This document shows positions 14,101 through 26,635 of a DNA stretch of 64,000 bases, piece by piece. Each line of letters opens with the position of its first letter. Position 1 is the first letter of the stretch. The notes under the pieces were generated by a model. The model saw nothing but the letters and a program-made list of their open reading frames with translations, was not told the origin of the DNA and did no database searches. A program made the position numbers and the translations under genes. The stretch is taken from positions 1,379,372 through 1,443,371 of the forward strand of contig NMRA01000019.1 of NCBI GenBank assembly GCA_002633005.1. Reading direction: 5' to 3'. The DNA is from Phoronis australis (lineage: Eukaryota > Animalia > Phoronida).

Positions 14101-15380
14101 ACACCGTGGCGGTATTCAACTGGAAAAAACGACCAAAAATGGTTTTTGATTTTTAAAAATCAATGAAATAATAAGGTAAAAACTACAAAATTTGGTACGA
14201 TTGAAGATAAGCGACCGTACGTATGTACTCGGTGGATTAAGAAACGCTGATCAGAGTTAACAATATCACATGGTTTATTCTTTTACTTCAAATATTCTTT
14301 CAATCCTGTTTAACCAGATTTTTGACTAGGAAACAATTGTAGGCCTACTTAACTTGTGCCCACACTTCGTTTTTTACATGACAGACAAAAAGCTAGAAAG
14401 AATAGCTATGTGGTCAATGCAACCAAAATTGTCCACTGAGATTCCTAATCTTCAGTTTGGCTATCACCATATTTGCAATTTTGTATTTATTTTATAATTT
14501 GAGTTCTAATAAAGGTTGAACTACTGGCACATCTATTTTGTTTGCCGTGAAATGTTTAATGTAGCTGCAATCTGTAAAGTTCAGGGATGGCACAATTAAC
14601 TAAACTACGATAATTAAGTTTCGTTGACGATCAAAATCTAGTACTGTTTTGGTACTTCTAGTTTAAAAATATAAATAAAAAAATATCAACCTGTTCCCGC
14701 TAAGAAAAAACAAGTAGACAGGAGTAATGAAATAACAAAAGCCAGTATGAAAATAGTTAAAACCATAGTTCCTTTAGGAAGTGTCCCTTTGTCAAGATGA
14801 ACACAAATTAACTTTTTTAGTCATTTTGTAATATTTAAAATGTACTAGTACCAAGTTAAAACTACTCTCCACATTGCAGGCTGTAACTCTGTCCAAATGC
14901 CAGAGAAAACCAATTTGGGTGTAATAACAACCACCATTGTTGAGACAGGTATGCTAGCGATTATCTTTCCACTTCATTAGCTTTGATCTAAATTAATACA
15001 AAGGGTATGCTGAATAGGCATCATAAAAGTTATCTGGGACTGAGGGAATCTGAGGGTAACCAGTGTAATCTAGAAATTCTCCATATGAATTAGCATATCT
15101 TAAAAAGATGAAGTCACAAAATGCCACCTGACCGAATTACCAGGTTGCCAAGTGATCCAGATATGAACCTGCCAAAACGAGAGCACTCGAATGAGCGACA
15201 CTTGGCGAAATTAACTGAAAAGACAACGATGGAGATGACGACAACGATGGAGATCACGACGAAGAAGAAATATGATGATGATAGTGGCGATTACGAACAA
15301 CACAGTAACATTCATATGACTAGAGAGCATGTCAGAAACACTAATAGATAGGCAACAGTCTTGTTCTATAGAAGCTAAAC

Positions 15381-16248
15381 CAACATCAATGCAGCAAGAG
15401 CGCTCAACAAAGGAACAGCGCTATCACAACATCTCAAATAAATCAAAAAGTAGACGACTTAGCGAAAAAACCTAAAATATCTTCTGAAAGCCCATTCAAA
15501 AATCTAGTTTCGCAAACTTCCGTAAATTTTTTCGAAAAATTTTGTTTTTTTGAAATTCAAATTCAAATAACTCGGAAACGGTCTCCTAGAAAAAATTATT
15601 ATAGTTCACTTGAAAGGGTATACATCAGAGAATCCACATGAAAAAATTCAGGTCAATTTTCTCTTCCCAATTAAAATGGCACCCCAGCACCACTGAAAAT
15701 GGGTCAACATGTGCCAGATCTTCCATCTTGAAAGCAACTTCTGTTTTTTTAGCCTTGAATAGTAACACTTAAAAAAACACTTTACAAAATTTCAAAGGAA
15801 TATTGCAATGCGCCCTACTGGAGAAAACGTTTTTAGCCCAAAATCGAGGTGTGCATGCGCTACTGCCGATAGTTCTGCCACCCTTAACCAGAAGTAAACA
15901 ATTTCCAGTACAGCGCACATCCGGTCCAATAATCGTGCCGATTTCAGCTCAGTATGTAAAAAATTATAGCCCCCAGGAGCATTTGAATCTTAAAATGAAA
16001 ACAAAATGGCTGCCACATCTGCCATCTTAGATCCGATAATGACGAAAAACAACAGGCTTCCAGTTACCTCTGAAACTACGTGTTGTGTGTAAATTTTGTG
16101 ATGATCAGACGAAAATTGCGATCTGTATCAAGCGAACAAAAAAAGCCTTAGTGACAGAGCAACACACATGGCGAAAAATTTTTTCGCCAAGTAACAAACT
16201 TGACGGCAAAGCAACATACTACGCGAAATTTATTTCGCCAAATAACAA
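15381..16248 (-). mobile_element. Helentron/HINE-like non-autonomous repeat
   Basis: Terminal palindromes ggcgaaaaattttttcgcc (about 16170-16188) and gcgaaatttatttcgc (about 16223-16238). Organisation resembles the element at 26636-27700. Family call is an inference. Confidence 0.4.
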
Positions 16249-16859
16249 CCAGATGGAAACCCACGTGGGGGAGTGAAAGTCCTGTTTCACAAACAACGCA
16301 TTGTTGATAGCATGCCTGCAGGCGAAACAACAAAAAACGGAGGATATAGAAAAACCAGGTCAACTGGGCAAACATGTGAGGTCGAGAGACATACCAATTG
16401 GCAGGTTTGCACATGTTAGAGCGAAGCTATACCCCAGAGTAGAAAGAGCAAGCACGGTTGATCAATATACCACATGGTCTGCAAAATATTCTACCAGATG
16501 TCTGCTTCTAGTCCTTCAAGGTACACTACCTGACACTGCAGCTGACTGTGCTGACTTGGAATAACTTGATTTCAATATTATTTATGAAAGAACATGGAAT
16601 TCTTAATTCACACAAGTAAGACCGAGCTGGCAGATACATCAACTACTACCAGTACCAGTAAGGACTAAAGTGTAGACTACAGTGCTGAGGCATTGTCAAC
16701 CTTTGTCATGTGAACTGCAGCTTGTTAACAGCACTCTGTCTCTGACCTTTCACGAATGCCAGTTTAGACGTGTAGCAGAAATAGCCAACTGTTAGCTTTG
16801 CAGCAACCCAATCCAAATACCTTAACCAATTGCAGTAAGGCAGGACTTCGGAATTCCGA

Positions 16860-16977
16860 CTCGATACAAATCTCAGTCGTGTGAACTTGACATCTCCAGC
16901 CTGCTGTAGATCTGCAAAATTGTTATGACATCCGGGGCTCTGTGACGTATGTAACAACATGTCTGCCCCCACCACCA
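16860..16977 (+). promoter_or_regulatory. Candidate non-coding first exon of CLYBL in the divergent VPS13/CLYBL interval
   Basis: CCAAT motifs near 16808 and 16826, CpG enrichment, TGACGTA, and strong tandem donors gtaagtaagt at 16978 and 16982. The CLYBL ATG exon has an acceptor at 20363 and so needs an upstream exon. The start coordinate is approximate. Confidence 0.45.
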
Positions 16978-19156
16978 GTAAGTAAGTTAGTAGCCTAAAT
17001 ACGTATATGTGAGTAAGTGAGTAGGCCTAAGTTAATTCGCGAAGAGTAGAAACAGCAAGTGGAAGTTCGTTAAGGCCTAATTGCTTAGGAATTTTACTAT
17101 CATTTACCTGCGTTAAAAGGCAGCAATAGACTTCATACCGTAATCAAATGTAATTTACCGTGTAGGCTGGGTATGACATAGCTAGTGTAGCCTGTGACTG
17201 TGTGTGTAGGCCTACATTGGATACAAGTACTATAGACATTAACGTGTTTTAAACTGCTTAAAAATATCCTTGTTCCTCTGATGTCAAACCTGTCTGAAAA
17301 GGTGGTAAACAGATCAAACCATGATGTGTATACATAAAAATGGAAGGCCTATTGATGTAGCTGAACATATTTTGGCACTCTGAAAGGAGTGAAAGGGCGT
17401 GATCCCCATTTTGCTCAAACGGGGTCTAAGTTGATAGTTTAAGGGGCAATAGTCCAAAAAAGCTGGCTTAGCTGTCCTTTCAGACTACACAAACATGCAC
17501 TCTCTTTCTATTATCTTTTAGTCATTGTTCGTTAGTTCGAAGCACATATAAATAATGGACATTCTGCTATTAATGGTCGTGAAGCCACACGTGTCTCGTG
17601 AGCCACCATTGTTTGTGTTGCTATAACGGCATTTTCCGGTGGCTCCTAACTTGTTCGATTCTATAACCAAACTACAAGTTGGGAAGATAACCCCTGTAGC
17701 CAATATCTTACACGACTGATTAACTCCATTCTGGCATTAAAGGTTGGAGGACCAGCTCTCTTTTCTTCGATAAATGCTATAATCTCCAATAGATCATATC
17801 TAGCCTGACTAAGCTGTGCTGTTAAAAATAAAAGTTAAGTTATAACATATTCGAACATAAACCAATAGCATTTCTGCGATCCTCGTCCAATAGTGATAAT
17901 GTTTAGTTTTCGAAATGCCAAAATCGCTCAACTACAACCAAAGTTACAACAATCTATTCTTTCCGAACGTACCAATTCGCTCTGGGTTTGAGAGTGTTCA
18001 CACATGGTCTGTAATAAGCCTGGTAGATAATTGGCCTGCTTGTTGTCATATCAGACAAAAGACTGTGCTTGGCAGTTAACAAAGAAGTTAGATGTTTATT
18101 TTTATTCTCCCAGTTCAACATAAGCAAGGACAAAGGTCTGGGCTTCCCTTGCCTTACTTTACAATTCAGAGAAATTAAAGTTAACTAAGTTAAATGTATA
18201 CTTGAACCGGATTTTTTAAATACATTTAAAGAAAAAAAAAACATGTAAGACAGTGTAGTAGTGTATGGCTCTAAAAATGGGAGATAGTATTTTGGAATGA
18301 TAAAATATCCTTACATTGCTTTTAAATTATGCATTTGTGACCACCTGTTTGTAAATTTTTTGACTAAATTTATTTTTCGCAGGAGTAATAACTGTTAATT
18401 TCTTTTGTTAATATAATTAAATTTGGAGGTTTACCATTGAGACGTTGCTTATATAAATGGAACTTGCAAAGACACAAGATTAAATTTTGAATTTTCTGTC
18501 TTCTACATCTGCTTCCAAAACAAAACTGTGAGTACATTTGTACCCAGGGAGATATTGGTTTTTTTCTAACTCAATCTTCAACATTGTTTCAAAAATTTTA
18601 AACAACATCACATTGCCAGTATAATAGAAGGGCAATTTCGTGAAAAGGTCAACCTCGAGTCAAAATATTAAAATTGCGACTACACTAACATTTTTGGTCT
18701 CATCTGAAAGCCCATTCTCTCTAGTTTCAGGACCCATATTTGACTGTCCTATAACTTTCATTTTTTGCCTAAATGGACCCATTTTGGGGGTCACCTGACT
18801 CTAAAAAATTAGCTCAATTTTCATGTGAGTTGCTAATTATTGTCATGAAAAAGCTAATTATAGGTATTTCACTATACTATCTAATTTGTGCAGTCACATG
18901 AACCCTCAACCTCCTCGCTTCCAAAAAGTAAGGCAACTCTGCATCCACAGCTGTCAAGACCTTTCTCACAATATCGTTAGGGCTGAACATAGGAACCCCT
19001 GTAAAATCATTTTGAAACAGCACTTGTTGTCCACTATGGGAAGCCCGGTGAAGACATTGAACCATAAATGAGATGATGTTAAAATCTTTTAAGACCATTT
19101 TGATTAACATGTATTGTGCATATTGCGCTGCGTCTTAGTTAAATAAACCCAAAAAT

Positions 19157-19275
19157 ATTAATAATATTGATAACCATATCGATAATGGTAATAGTAGTAA
19201 TAGCGGTAATTGTAGTAAAGGTAGTAATAGCAGTAATAGTAGAAATAGTAGTAATAGTAATGTAATACTAATAAA
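19157..19275. repeat. Degenerate (TAA/TAG)n trinucleotide microsatellite
   Basis: taatagtagtaatagcggtaattgtagtaaaggtagtaatagcagtaatagtag... This explains the spurious poly-Tyr ORF 19158-19478. Confidence 0.85.
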
Positions 19276-19310
19276 AATGATAATGGGTAGCCAATTTCAT
19301 GCCGTTTTAG

Positions 19311-19587
19311 CCCGGAGGGCATTCCTATAGAAGTAGTATACGAAAAGTGCCGCCCAAAAGGTTTGTTCACAGCAAAAAAACTCCGAAATGGTGCCATTTT
19401 TGACAGAATGCAATCTAAAAGTGTGCCTTTTCTGAATTTCTGGAACTGAACTGTGCGAAAATATGAATTTTTACACAAAATTAGTCCCTAAATGGGTCAG
19501 TTTTTGTCCGAGCCCACTCTCTAAACTGGTTGGTATCGAAATTATTCGGGCGGCACCCCTCATCCAAAAATACTCCTGTACCCCCGG
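19311..19587. mobile_element. Small non-autonomous DNA element with CCCGG(G)...CCCCCGG ends
   Basis: Imperfect inverted termini cccggagggcattcc and ctcctgtacccccgg, no coding capacity. Confidence 0.45.
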
Positions 19588-20019
19588 CCATGTCAGATAC
19601 CACTCCTTCGTGATTTTGGTAATTTTCCTTGTAATATGACATTGGTTTCGTAAAATGCAATGCTACATTTCTCCCATGTGCATTCAACATAAAATGTAAC
19701 AATTTGTTACATTTTAGGAGAGACATTGCAAGGTAAAATGTAACACTGATGTAACAGTGGTTACATTTTACAACTTGTTACATTTTACAGGGATCAGAGC
19801 CTGCTGATGGGATTAAGTCATACCACTGGCGTTCATCAAGTCCTTAGAGCCTTTGTTATCAGCTACTGAACAGAATAGTCTTGTGATGATTTTGAAACAA
19901 AATATTTCTTAATTTCATATTCTCAAGTCGCACATATCTTCAGTGATGTTTGAAGCTGACAGTGCATAGTAACTTTATTTTTCCATTAGTGGTTTATGCT
20001 GCAAAACATTTCAAGTGAC

Positions 20020-20335
20020 AGTGTGTGTGTTCACTGAAATGTATGTGTTCATCAAAAAGTGTGTGTTCATTAAAATGCACATGTTTATCAAAATGTATGT
20101 CTTCACTAAAATGTAAAGTGTTCACCAAAATCACATATTCATCGAAATATATGACGTTCACCAAAATGTACATGTTCACTGAATGCATGCGTGTGTTCTC
20201 TGAAATGCATGTGTTCATCGAAATGGATATTATCAGTGAAATGTATGTATTTATCGAAATTTTTGTGTTCACCAAAATGTATGTGTTCACTGAAATATGT
20301 GTTTCCACAAAATGTATTTGTTCATCAAAATGTAG
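20020..20335. repeat. Minisatellite, about 20-bp unit x about 16
   Basis: Consensus about gtgttcac(t/c)gaaatgtatgt. Ends about 30 nt before the CLYBL acceptor at 20363. Confidence 0.92.
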
Positions 20336-20412
20336 GTGCTCACTTTCTCTATTCATCTTTCAGGTTTAGTCGATATGAACCAGTTTAAACACGAACTACT
20401 TTCTTAAGCAAC

Positions 20413-20733
20413 ATGGAGCCACTAGTGAGGACTTTCCGAGTGCTGTCAAGACTGCATGTCAGCACACGGTTTCAACTTTTACAAAACCTAGCTTCGCGCA
20501 GCAGCTATAGTTTTCCTATGTGTTGTTCTGCTGCTGATATTCATACTTCAACAAACCGTGCTTCACGATATGAAAATGTAGGACATGACCCTGATCACGT
20601 GCCGCGCTACATGCCACGCAGAGCAATGCTGTATGTGCCTGGCAGCGATAAGAAAAAGCTCATGAAGATACCAACATTTAAAGTCGACTGTGCTGTCATG
20701 GATTGTGAGGATGGTGTTGCAGCATCTCGCAAG
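20413..20733 (+). CDS. CLYBL: Citramalyl-CoA lyase / citrate lyase beta-like (mitochondrial), coding exon 1
   Basis: Arg/Ser-rich transit-peptide-like N-terminus, then PRRAMLYVPG and VMDCEDGVA (HpcH/CitE family). In-frame upstream TAA, acceptor cag at 20363, donor AAG|gttggt. Phase 0. Confidence 0.96.
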
Positions 20734-20839
20734 GTTGGTCGAAATTCAGGTGGAATTAAATACTCCAGTTTATCAAGTGGGTGCCATTATTGCAAAGCAG
20801 AGATTCATGTAGAGTAGAAAGAGAAAGGGATTTTATGAG

Positions 20840-20987
20840 TCATATTTACTAGCATATACCAACATATTGATACATATTTACTAGCATATTGATACATATT
20901 TACTAGCATATACCAGCATATTGATACATATTTACTAGCATATACCAGCATATTGATACATATTTACTAGCATATACCAGCATATTG
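20840..20987. repeat. Minisatellite, 32-bp unit x about 4.5, in a CLYBL intron
   Basis: catatttactagcatataccagcatattgata repeated, with one internally deleted unit. Confidence 0.92.
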
Positions 20988-21136
20988 TTACAATAACTAA
21001 ATTGTTGTTCTTATGTATTGCATGATGGGTGTGCCAAGTTAAAAAATTACCTTCTGTGTTCATGTGTAAGCCCCATAAATGCTTTGTGTTAGTCATTTTA
21101 TGGAGTAGATTGCTGTAATCTGGAGTATTATATTAA

Positions 21137-21966
21137 AGGCGAATGCCACCCGATTTAATTAGTCTTTTTTGCCGCCTTAATCGGTCTATTTCCACATCGC
21201 CTCGCATAGGGTCGACCTTACCTTGCCAAGAGGTGTCGCGTTAACCTGTGAGGAAGGTGAGAAACTATGCTAACGTCGTCAGTGGTTCATATGCAGAGTG
21301 TATGCCGCTATGATGCGGTGTATCGTTCCCGCTTGTCCGAACTAAGCAGCCGCGAGGAAAGCGAGTATATCGTTTTTTTACTTCCTCCAGAGTCCGAAAT
21401 GCTTAGGAAGTGGTTCATGGTAGTAAAGAATGAAATGTACGCTGTAAATAGCAAGTATGAGGCCGTGAAACATCTCCGTGTCTGTGGCCTGCAGACGACG
21501 TCGACAGTGCCTCACGAATGCCGGCTTACCAAATAACTCCATACGTTCCGTTGTCTGAGCTTGTTCACGGCGCCTCTCTAGTATTTCTTCATCACTGTAT
21601 TCCTCCTGCTACGGGCCTTATTGGCCTGCCGAACTTTGTAGGCTACGGTGTGTCCAAATACCAATAAATCCGTAAGAGCGAAATAAAACAACACGTTTTT
21701 ATAAGAACTCGGTGTATCTAAAAGGGTTTTGCATCGAAGTTTGACGATTTATTGGTGTTAAACGATGACTCCAAGCGATAAGCTGACACCAGTAACCCGT
21801 GTTGTGAACTGCTGAACAGAATGCGTGTGAAACCGATGACGTAATTGGATAATTTCAATACCTCCGTCTGCCGTCAGGTGTCAGGTAACGCAACCGCACG
21901 TGTAGTTATGGAGTAGAACAACTCGATCTAAATTGTTACAAATTGTTTTTTGGGTGGCATGATCCT
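21137..21966 (+). mobile_element. Kolobok-like non-autonomous DNA transposon with THAP remnant
   Basis: TTAA flanks at 21133-36 and 21967-70. TIRs aggcgaatgccaccc and gggtggcatgatcct. Internal ORF 21267-21536 has THAP-like FLLPPESEMLRKW...KHLRVCGL. Confidence 0.8.
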
Positions 21967-22143
21967 TTAATTTTAATAATTTGTTCCCAATCTCCTTTTA
22001 CTGACTATGCTATCATTTTTATTGCAAAGTTTAACCTGGAATTGAAATGTTAGCTGCTGTCACAATCCAATGTCTACCAAGGATTGAATTGCGACACCAT
22101 GGTGCTACAAAATTTAATTATTTTCTTTCTATTTTTGTTGAAG

Positions 22144-22335
22144 GATGATGCTCGTAACAACATACGTGAAATGCTCGACTCAGTGTTAGACTTTGGTAAA
22201 AATGAATGCGCAGTGCGTATCAACTCAGTGGGCAGTGGGCTTGCGGAGGAGGACCTGAGAGTGATATTAGGAGCAAAGCACCTGCCTCATACATTGATGG
22301 TGCCCAAATTGGAAGACGCTTCAGAGATAGAATGG
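22144..22335 (+). CDS. CLYBL: CLYBL coding exon 2
   Basis: aag|GAT...TGG|gtaaag encodes DDARNNIREML...CAVRINSVGSGLAEEDL...LMVPKLEDASEIEW. 192 nt, phase 0. Confidence 0.96.
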
Positions 22336-23663
22336 GTAAAGGAGCTCTGGTGAATCTTGGATGTCCTGACTACAATGTCCAAATGAAATTATTTGCAATA
22401 CCCCTAACAATATTCTGCTGTGTTTTCTTAAAAATTTTATAATTTTTGGTCTTGCCTATGCGAGCCTCCTTAATTTGTTTGTGTTACTGTAGGCAGGGGT
22501 GAAATCATGACAGTTTGATGTAACCTAGATTTTGTTTGTAAACCTAGTAAAAATCCCATGTTGCCATGCAGTTGACATGCACACACTCCAAATGCTACAG
22601 CAAATCAACAGACATAAGTCGCAATTGTTCGGCAGGGTTCCATTTACCATCTGTGCACGGGTAATGTATGCCAATCGTCTGCTGATTTAGGAGCTTATTT
22701 GAGATGCTCTTAATATTCCATTTGACGAACAACTAATATTTAAAAAATACCACCTGGACAAAATCGGATGAACACTTGCTGAGTTTGCTGGTTCTTTTAA
22801 TCAGCTGTTTTATTTTCGGCTGCTGTCAACTATTTGTCATTTGTAGGGGCAGCTCATTTGCTCCCCTTCATCCTTGTTTTGGTGCCCCCATTTCCTGTTT
22901 GGCGACCTGGGGTTAACTAAGTGTCGAGCCCTGTGTGAGACCGCCATGTGTTGATTTTGTGTTGGTTGAGGGTTGTACTATATGTGCAGATGTTTGGGGC
23001 TGCTTCTTGCATTATTTGAAATATAAGAACACAGGTATAATGCACATGTATGGTAGTCGTGAAAAGACACAGTCAGTGGAGTATGCATGTGGCAGGGGAG
23101 CCTTCATGTAGTCGTTTGCAGTATTGTTAGTAGGCAGTGTGTTATGAATAAGTTTAAAGTGAAATAACATGTCACTAGAAGCTGGGTTTGTGAACTAAGA
23201 CAAATTTGATGTTTATGTGTGAAACACATTTGAAGATCGAGGCATATACCATTTTCTTAATAGGTTAGCCGCGGTTTTCACTACAGAGACTTGGTAGATT
23301 TGATAGCTGCTATGTGTCCACCTTTTGTTAAAAATACTGATTATTTAGTCCACTTCCTGAGGATGAAGCTGGACATTAGTCAGATGGTTCTGATGTCTGG
23401 GCTTGGAAAAGACTATCAGTTGGTTATTGCTTGAGGCCATGTGTGGCACTGAAGATGACCATCCTGGTCAAGTCAATTTATAGAGCCTGATGTTGAACAC
23501 TTAACAAGCCCATTTATTTAGCTCTTCATAGGTCTTCAACTGTGAGTGAGACCAATTTATCTTGCCAGTGGTCCAGATCCAAATTTCAAAATATTTCATT
23601 AAAGTTGGTACATTACAGCTTTTACCGTGATTACTAAAACCAAGGTCCATTGCGCCATTGCAG

Positions 23664-23859
23664 ATTGCTGAGAGATTATCTCACTTGCTCAAGTACCGAG
23701 AACTTGAACAGGAGATCAACCTGGTAGTGTTTGTGGAGAGTGCATCTGGTCTGATGAAGCTCAAGGATATCTGTCTCAAGGCAGAGCACTTGGCTGTTTA
23801 CTGCCCGTATATTTTGGACGGTGTCGTGTTTGGCTCGGACGACTTCTGTGCTGATATTG
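23664..23859 (+). CDS. CLYBL: CLYBL coding exon 3
   Basis: cag|ATT...ATT G|gtttgt encodes ...LVVFVESASGL...LDGVVFGSDDFCADI. 196 nt, phase 0 to 1. Confidence 0.96.
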
Positions 23860-25305
23860 GTTTGTAGACATAGCAGCAGTCGTTATGAGTGATGCTCAAT
23901 AATAGTTCTGGTGTTCCCATGTGAAAATGGGTGAAAGTAATCCCATGTATTCTTCAAGCAAATTTTTATTTGGAAAAATTTTTGTAGTGGAACACAAACT
24001 TGCTGGTATCATGAGTTCGACTAAATTTTGCTGGTTTAATACTGGGAAAATTATTCACGAGCTCCATGGTTTCCTGATTCAGTTGGAACTCTGATCATTA
24101 TCTATCATTAAACCAGTGGTGGTGGCCCATGCATTGCACTGCACTGACTGTGTAGTGTCAGTGTCTGCCAATAGGGGCGACATTACTTTCCGGTATTCAT
24201 AGACCTTTTGGGGACATGACCAATTATAGAAAAAATGCATCTATGGATTCCAAATACTTGGGAACGTCACCAATGATACAAAATTTTGAGGTGATCGTTA
24301 AAATAGCTGCTTGTACGAATTGTCAAAGTGTCTTTCTATTTTTGGAAGGTTGCTGGTTGCTACAAATGTTTGAATTTTTACAAGACGTTGTGTTATGGCT
24401 GTTTTACAGTACAAACCATCCTTGTAGTAGAAAGTTTTTGTCATGCTTTGTTTGATGAGAAATTTGGCAAGATAGAATTCCAATTGTCTACTATAGTGTG
24501 TGCTTAGCAGGTGTATAAAAGACCGTTTTGCTAGTTTCACAAACTGAGCAGGGGAAGTGGGAAAAATGGCCATCCTGTTAGTTTTATAACCCTGCACAGG
24601 AAAAACCATCATGAGGTCTTATAAACCCCAGGCAGATTGATAATGGACATCAACAGGTTAGCACCATGGAATCATCAAAAGTGTACTAACAAAAATCTTG
24701 CTTCTTAAGGGAAGTCAAAAGTAGTAATTGTTACACAACTTTGGCTTTCCTAACATAAATTGCGTCAGAATATCTATTATTTGAAAACACATCAAATGCT
24801 CCACTGGCAGCAAATACTAATAAAGCCTCACAAAATATAACGTGGTGTCACTGGTTCCCTATTGTAAGAATTGCTCTTCCACTGGCAAATTAAGATTATA
24901 GCAGTTATGTGGCAATTTATGAAATAAATTGTCTCTTATTGTATTTTCTAAGCTTCCTAGGTTGTAAATAACAGCTTACAGAGGTCAGGAATCAGTTGTT
25001 CAGCAGTGGAGCCAAGTTCACAAGTGCTATTTGGAGGTTCTTGAACAAGAGGAAGGGGGGAGGGGGCTGCTGAGCAGCCAGTGAATTGTTTGCTAATTCT
25101 TTCAGAAAGACCAAGTTTATGGTATTTCTTGTGTTCAATAATTTAGTTTGAAAGGATTGCTGCAACTGGAGCATGAACTTACTGTTTTCAGTGACAACAA
25201 ATTATCAATAATCTCACATTGTATTAAGTTCATATTTATAATGGAGAATATTACCTTCTTGTGCCAATGTCATTTGCTGAAACTTAGTACTTATTTGTGT
25301 TTCAG

Positions 25306-25419
25306 GGGCCACGAGAACTAATGATGCCTCAGAGCTGCACTACGCCAGGCAAAAGATTGTAGTCATATGTAAAACTTTCCGCATTCAAGCGATTGACATG
25401 GTCTACATTGATTACAAAG
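25306..25419 (+). CDS. CLYBL: CLYBL coding exon 4 (absent from the ORF track)
   Basis: ttcag|GG GCC...AAA G|gtgggt encodes (G)ATRTNDASELHYARQKIVVICKTFRIQAIDMVYIDYK. 114 nt, phase 1. Confidence 0.96.
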
Positions 25420-26213
25420 GTGGGTTTGGTTACACAAAGTTGAGACATGTCGGAACGAATAGCTGATAACCAATAATGTCCCGATAATGTTCCAACAGTC
25501 AGGAACAGCTCATTCACATGTAAGAGAGTGATTGGTTCAATCTTGACATTCAAATTTATACTGAATCAATCATTCAGTGTGACCCATTTTGGCTTTTCCA
25601 AAAGACAAGAAATTGCCAATAATGGCTCTAATGTATTGAAATGAAGAGTTGGTGAGAGATGGCCACAGTTGACTAAGCCACTGTGAGGCTGCACTTGCAC
25701 GTGGTTTCGGTTGTGAAGACTTGTTCAGATTAAAAAGTTTGCGATTAACTCGCGTCAGATTTGCCACCAATGGGCAACAAATACACTTACTTAATAATTA
25801 CATCATTGCACAAATTTATTGGACGGTAAAGCATGGTTGAATTGCTATTCCAGAGTTTGTATTTTCAGGGTGTAACAAGTTATTCTCTGCCACTTTTGTT
25901 CTAAACTATCACTTTATGTCGTCTGATTACATTTGTCTTATTCTCTATAAATCACGAGTCGCATCCGACTGACTGTCATTGCATTCAACTTCATAAATTG
26001 ACGTCTATTTCCTCTTTTCAGTTGCTTGCAGCATTGGTGACAATTGCATCGTACATATTATACCAATGATGCGTCAAACTTTTCATCATTTCTTTGGGTT
26101 GAGAAATTTGATCACATAAATTCTTACTTTTCCTCTTTTTTGTCTTCTAAATGCAAGGGGCGGACTTTACATTGTTTGTCTCTTGTGGTAATGACATCAG
26201 CTTTATATTGTAG

Positions 26214-26392
26214 ATCCTGAGGGACTCAAGCTGCAGTCAGAGGAGGGGGCTCGCATGGGCTTCACTGGCAAGCAAGTTATCCACCCGTCACAGATTCCTA
26301 TAGTGCAGACAGCTTTCTCGCCCAGCCCTGCTATCACTGAGTGGGCGTTTGAACTTATCAAGTCTTACGAGGCTCACAGCGAGTCGGGAACG
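26214..26392 (+). CDS. CLYBL: CLYBL coding exon 5
   Basis: tag|AT CCT...ACG|gttagt encodes (D)PEGLKLQSEEGARMGFTGKQVIHPSQIPIVQTAFSPS...SESGT. 179 nt, phase 1 to 0. Confidence 0.96.
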
Positions 26393-26635
26393 GTTAGTAA
26401 ACTGAAGTTAAAGCTGCATTGTGCTCTGTTGGCTCAAAAATGAAAGTCTAGTGAGGCGTTTCACTCTAATAAAATCATTCTTATCATATTCCTTATTGTG
26501 ATGGGATTCTATCAAGTCACAGGTAATGCGCATTTTCGATTGTGCAGTTTTAGGGTTGACCAACCTCAACAAACTCTGAATTTGTTTCTTTAGTCGCTGG
26601 TAGTTTCCATGTTCTTGATGGTATTGAAAATAGAA

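Noticed and set aside
17264-17271. U12-type ATATCCTT donor
   Set aside because: There is no matching U12 branch site, AC acceptor or flanking exon. The motif is expected by chance in AT-rich DNA.
19158-19478. Poly-Tyr ORF
   Set aside because: It is the translation of a (TAA/TAG)n microsatellite joined to a MITE.
20020-20335. Regular 20-bp array as a CRISPR array, or its Cys/His-rich ORFs as zinc-finger genes
   Set aside because: The units are contiguous and degenerate with no unique spacers, there are no cas genes, and the context is a eukaryotic intron. The ORFs arise in several frames on both strands as repeat artefacts.
20734-20817. C-terminal extensions of exon-containing ORFs in the track (also 22336-22353, 26393-26443, 49749-49780, 51545-51606)
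   Set aside because: These are read-through into introns past canonical GT donors. Homology continues in the next exon instead.
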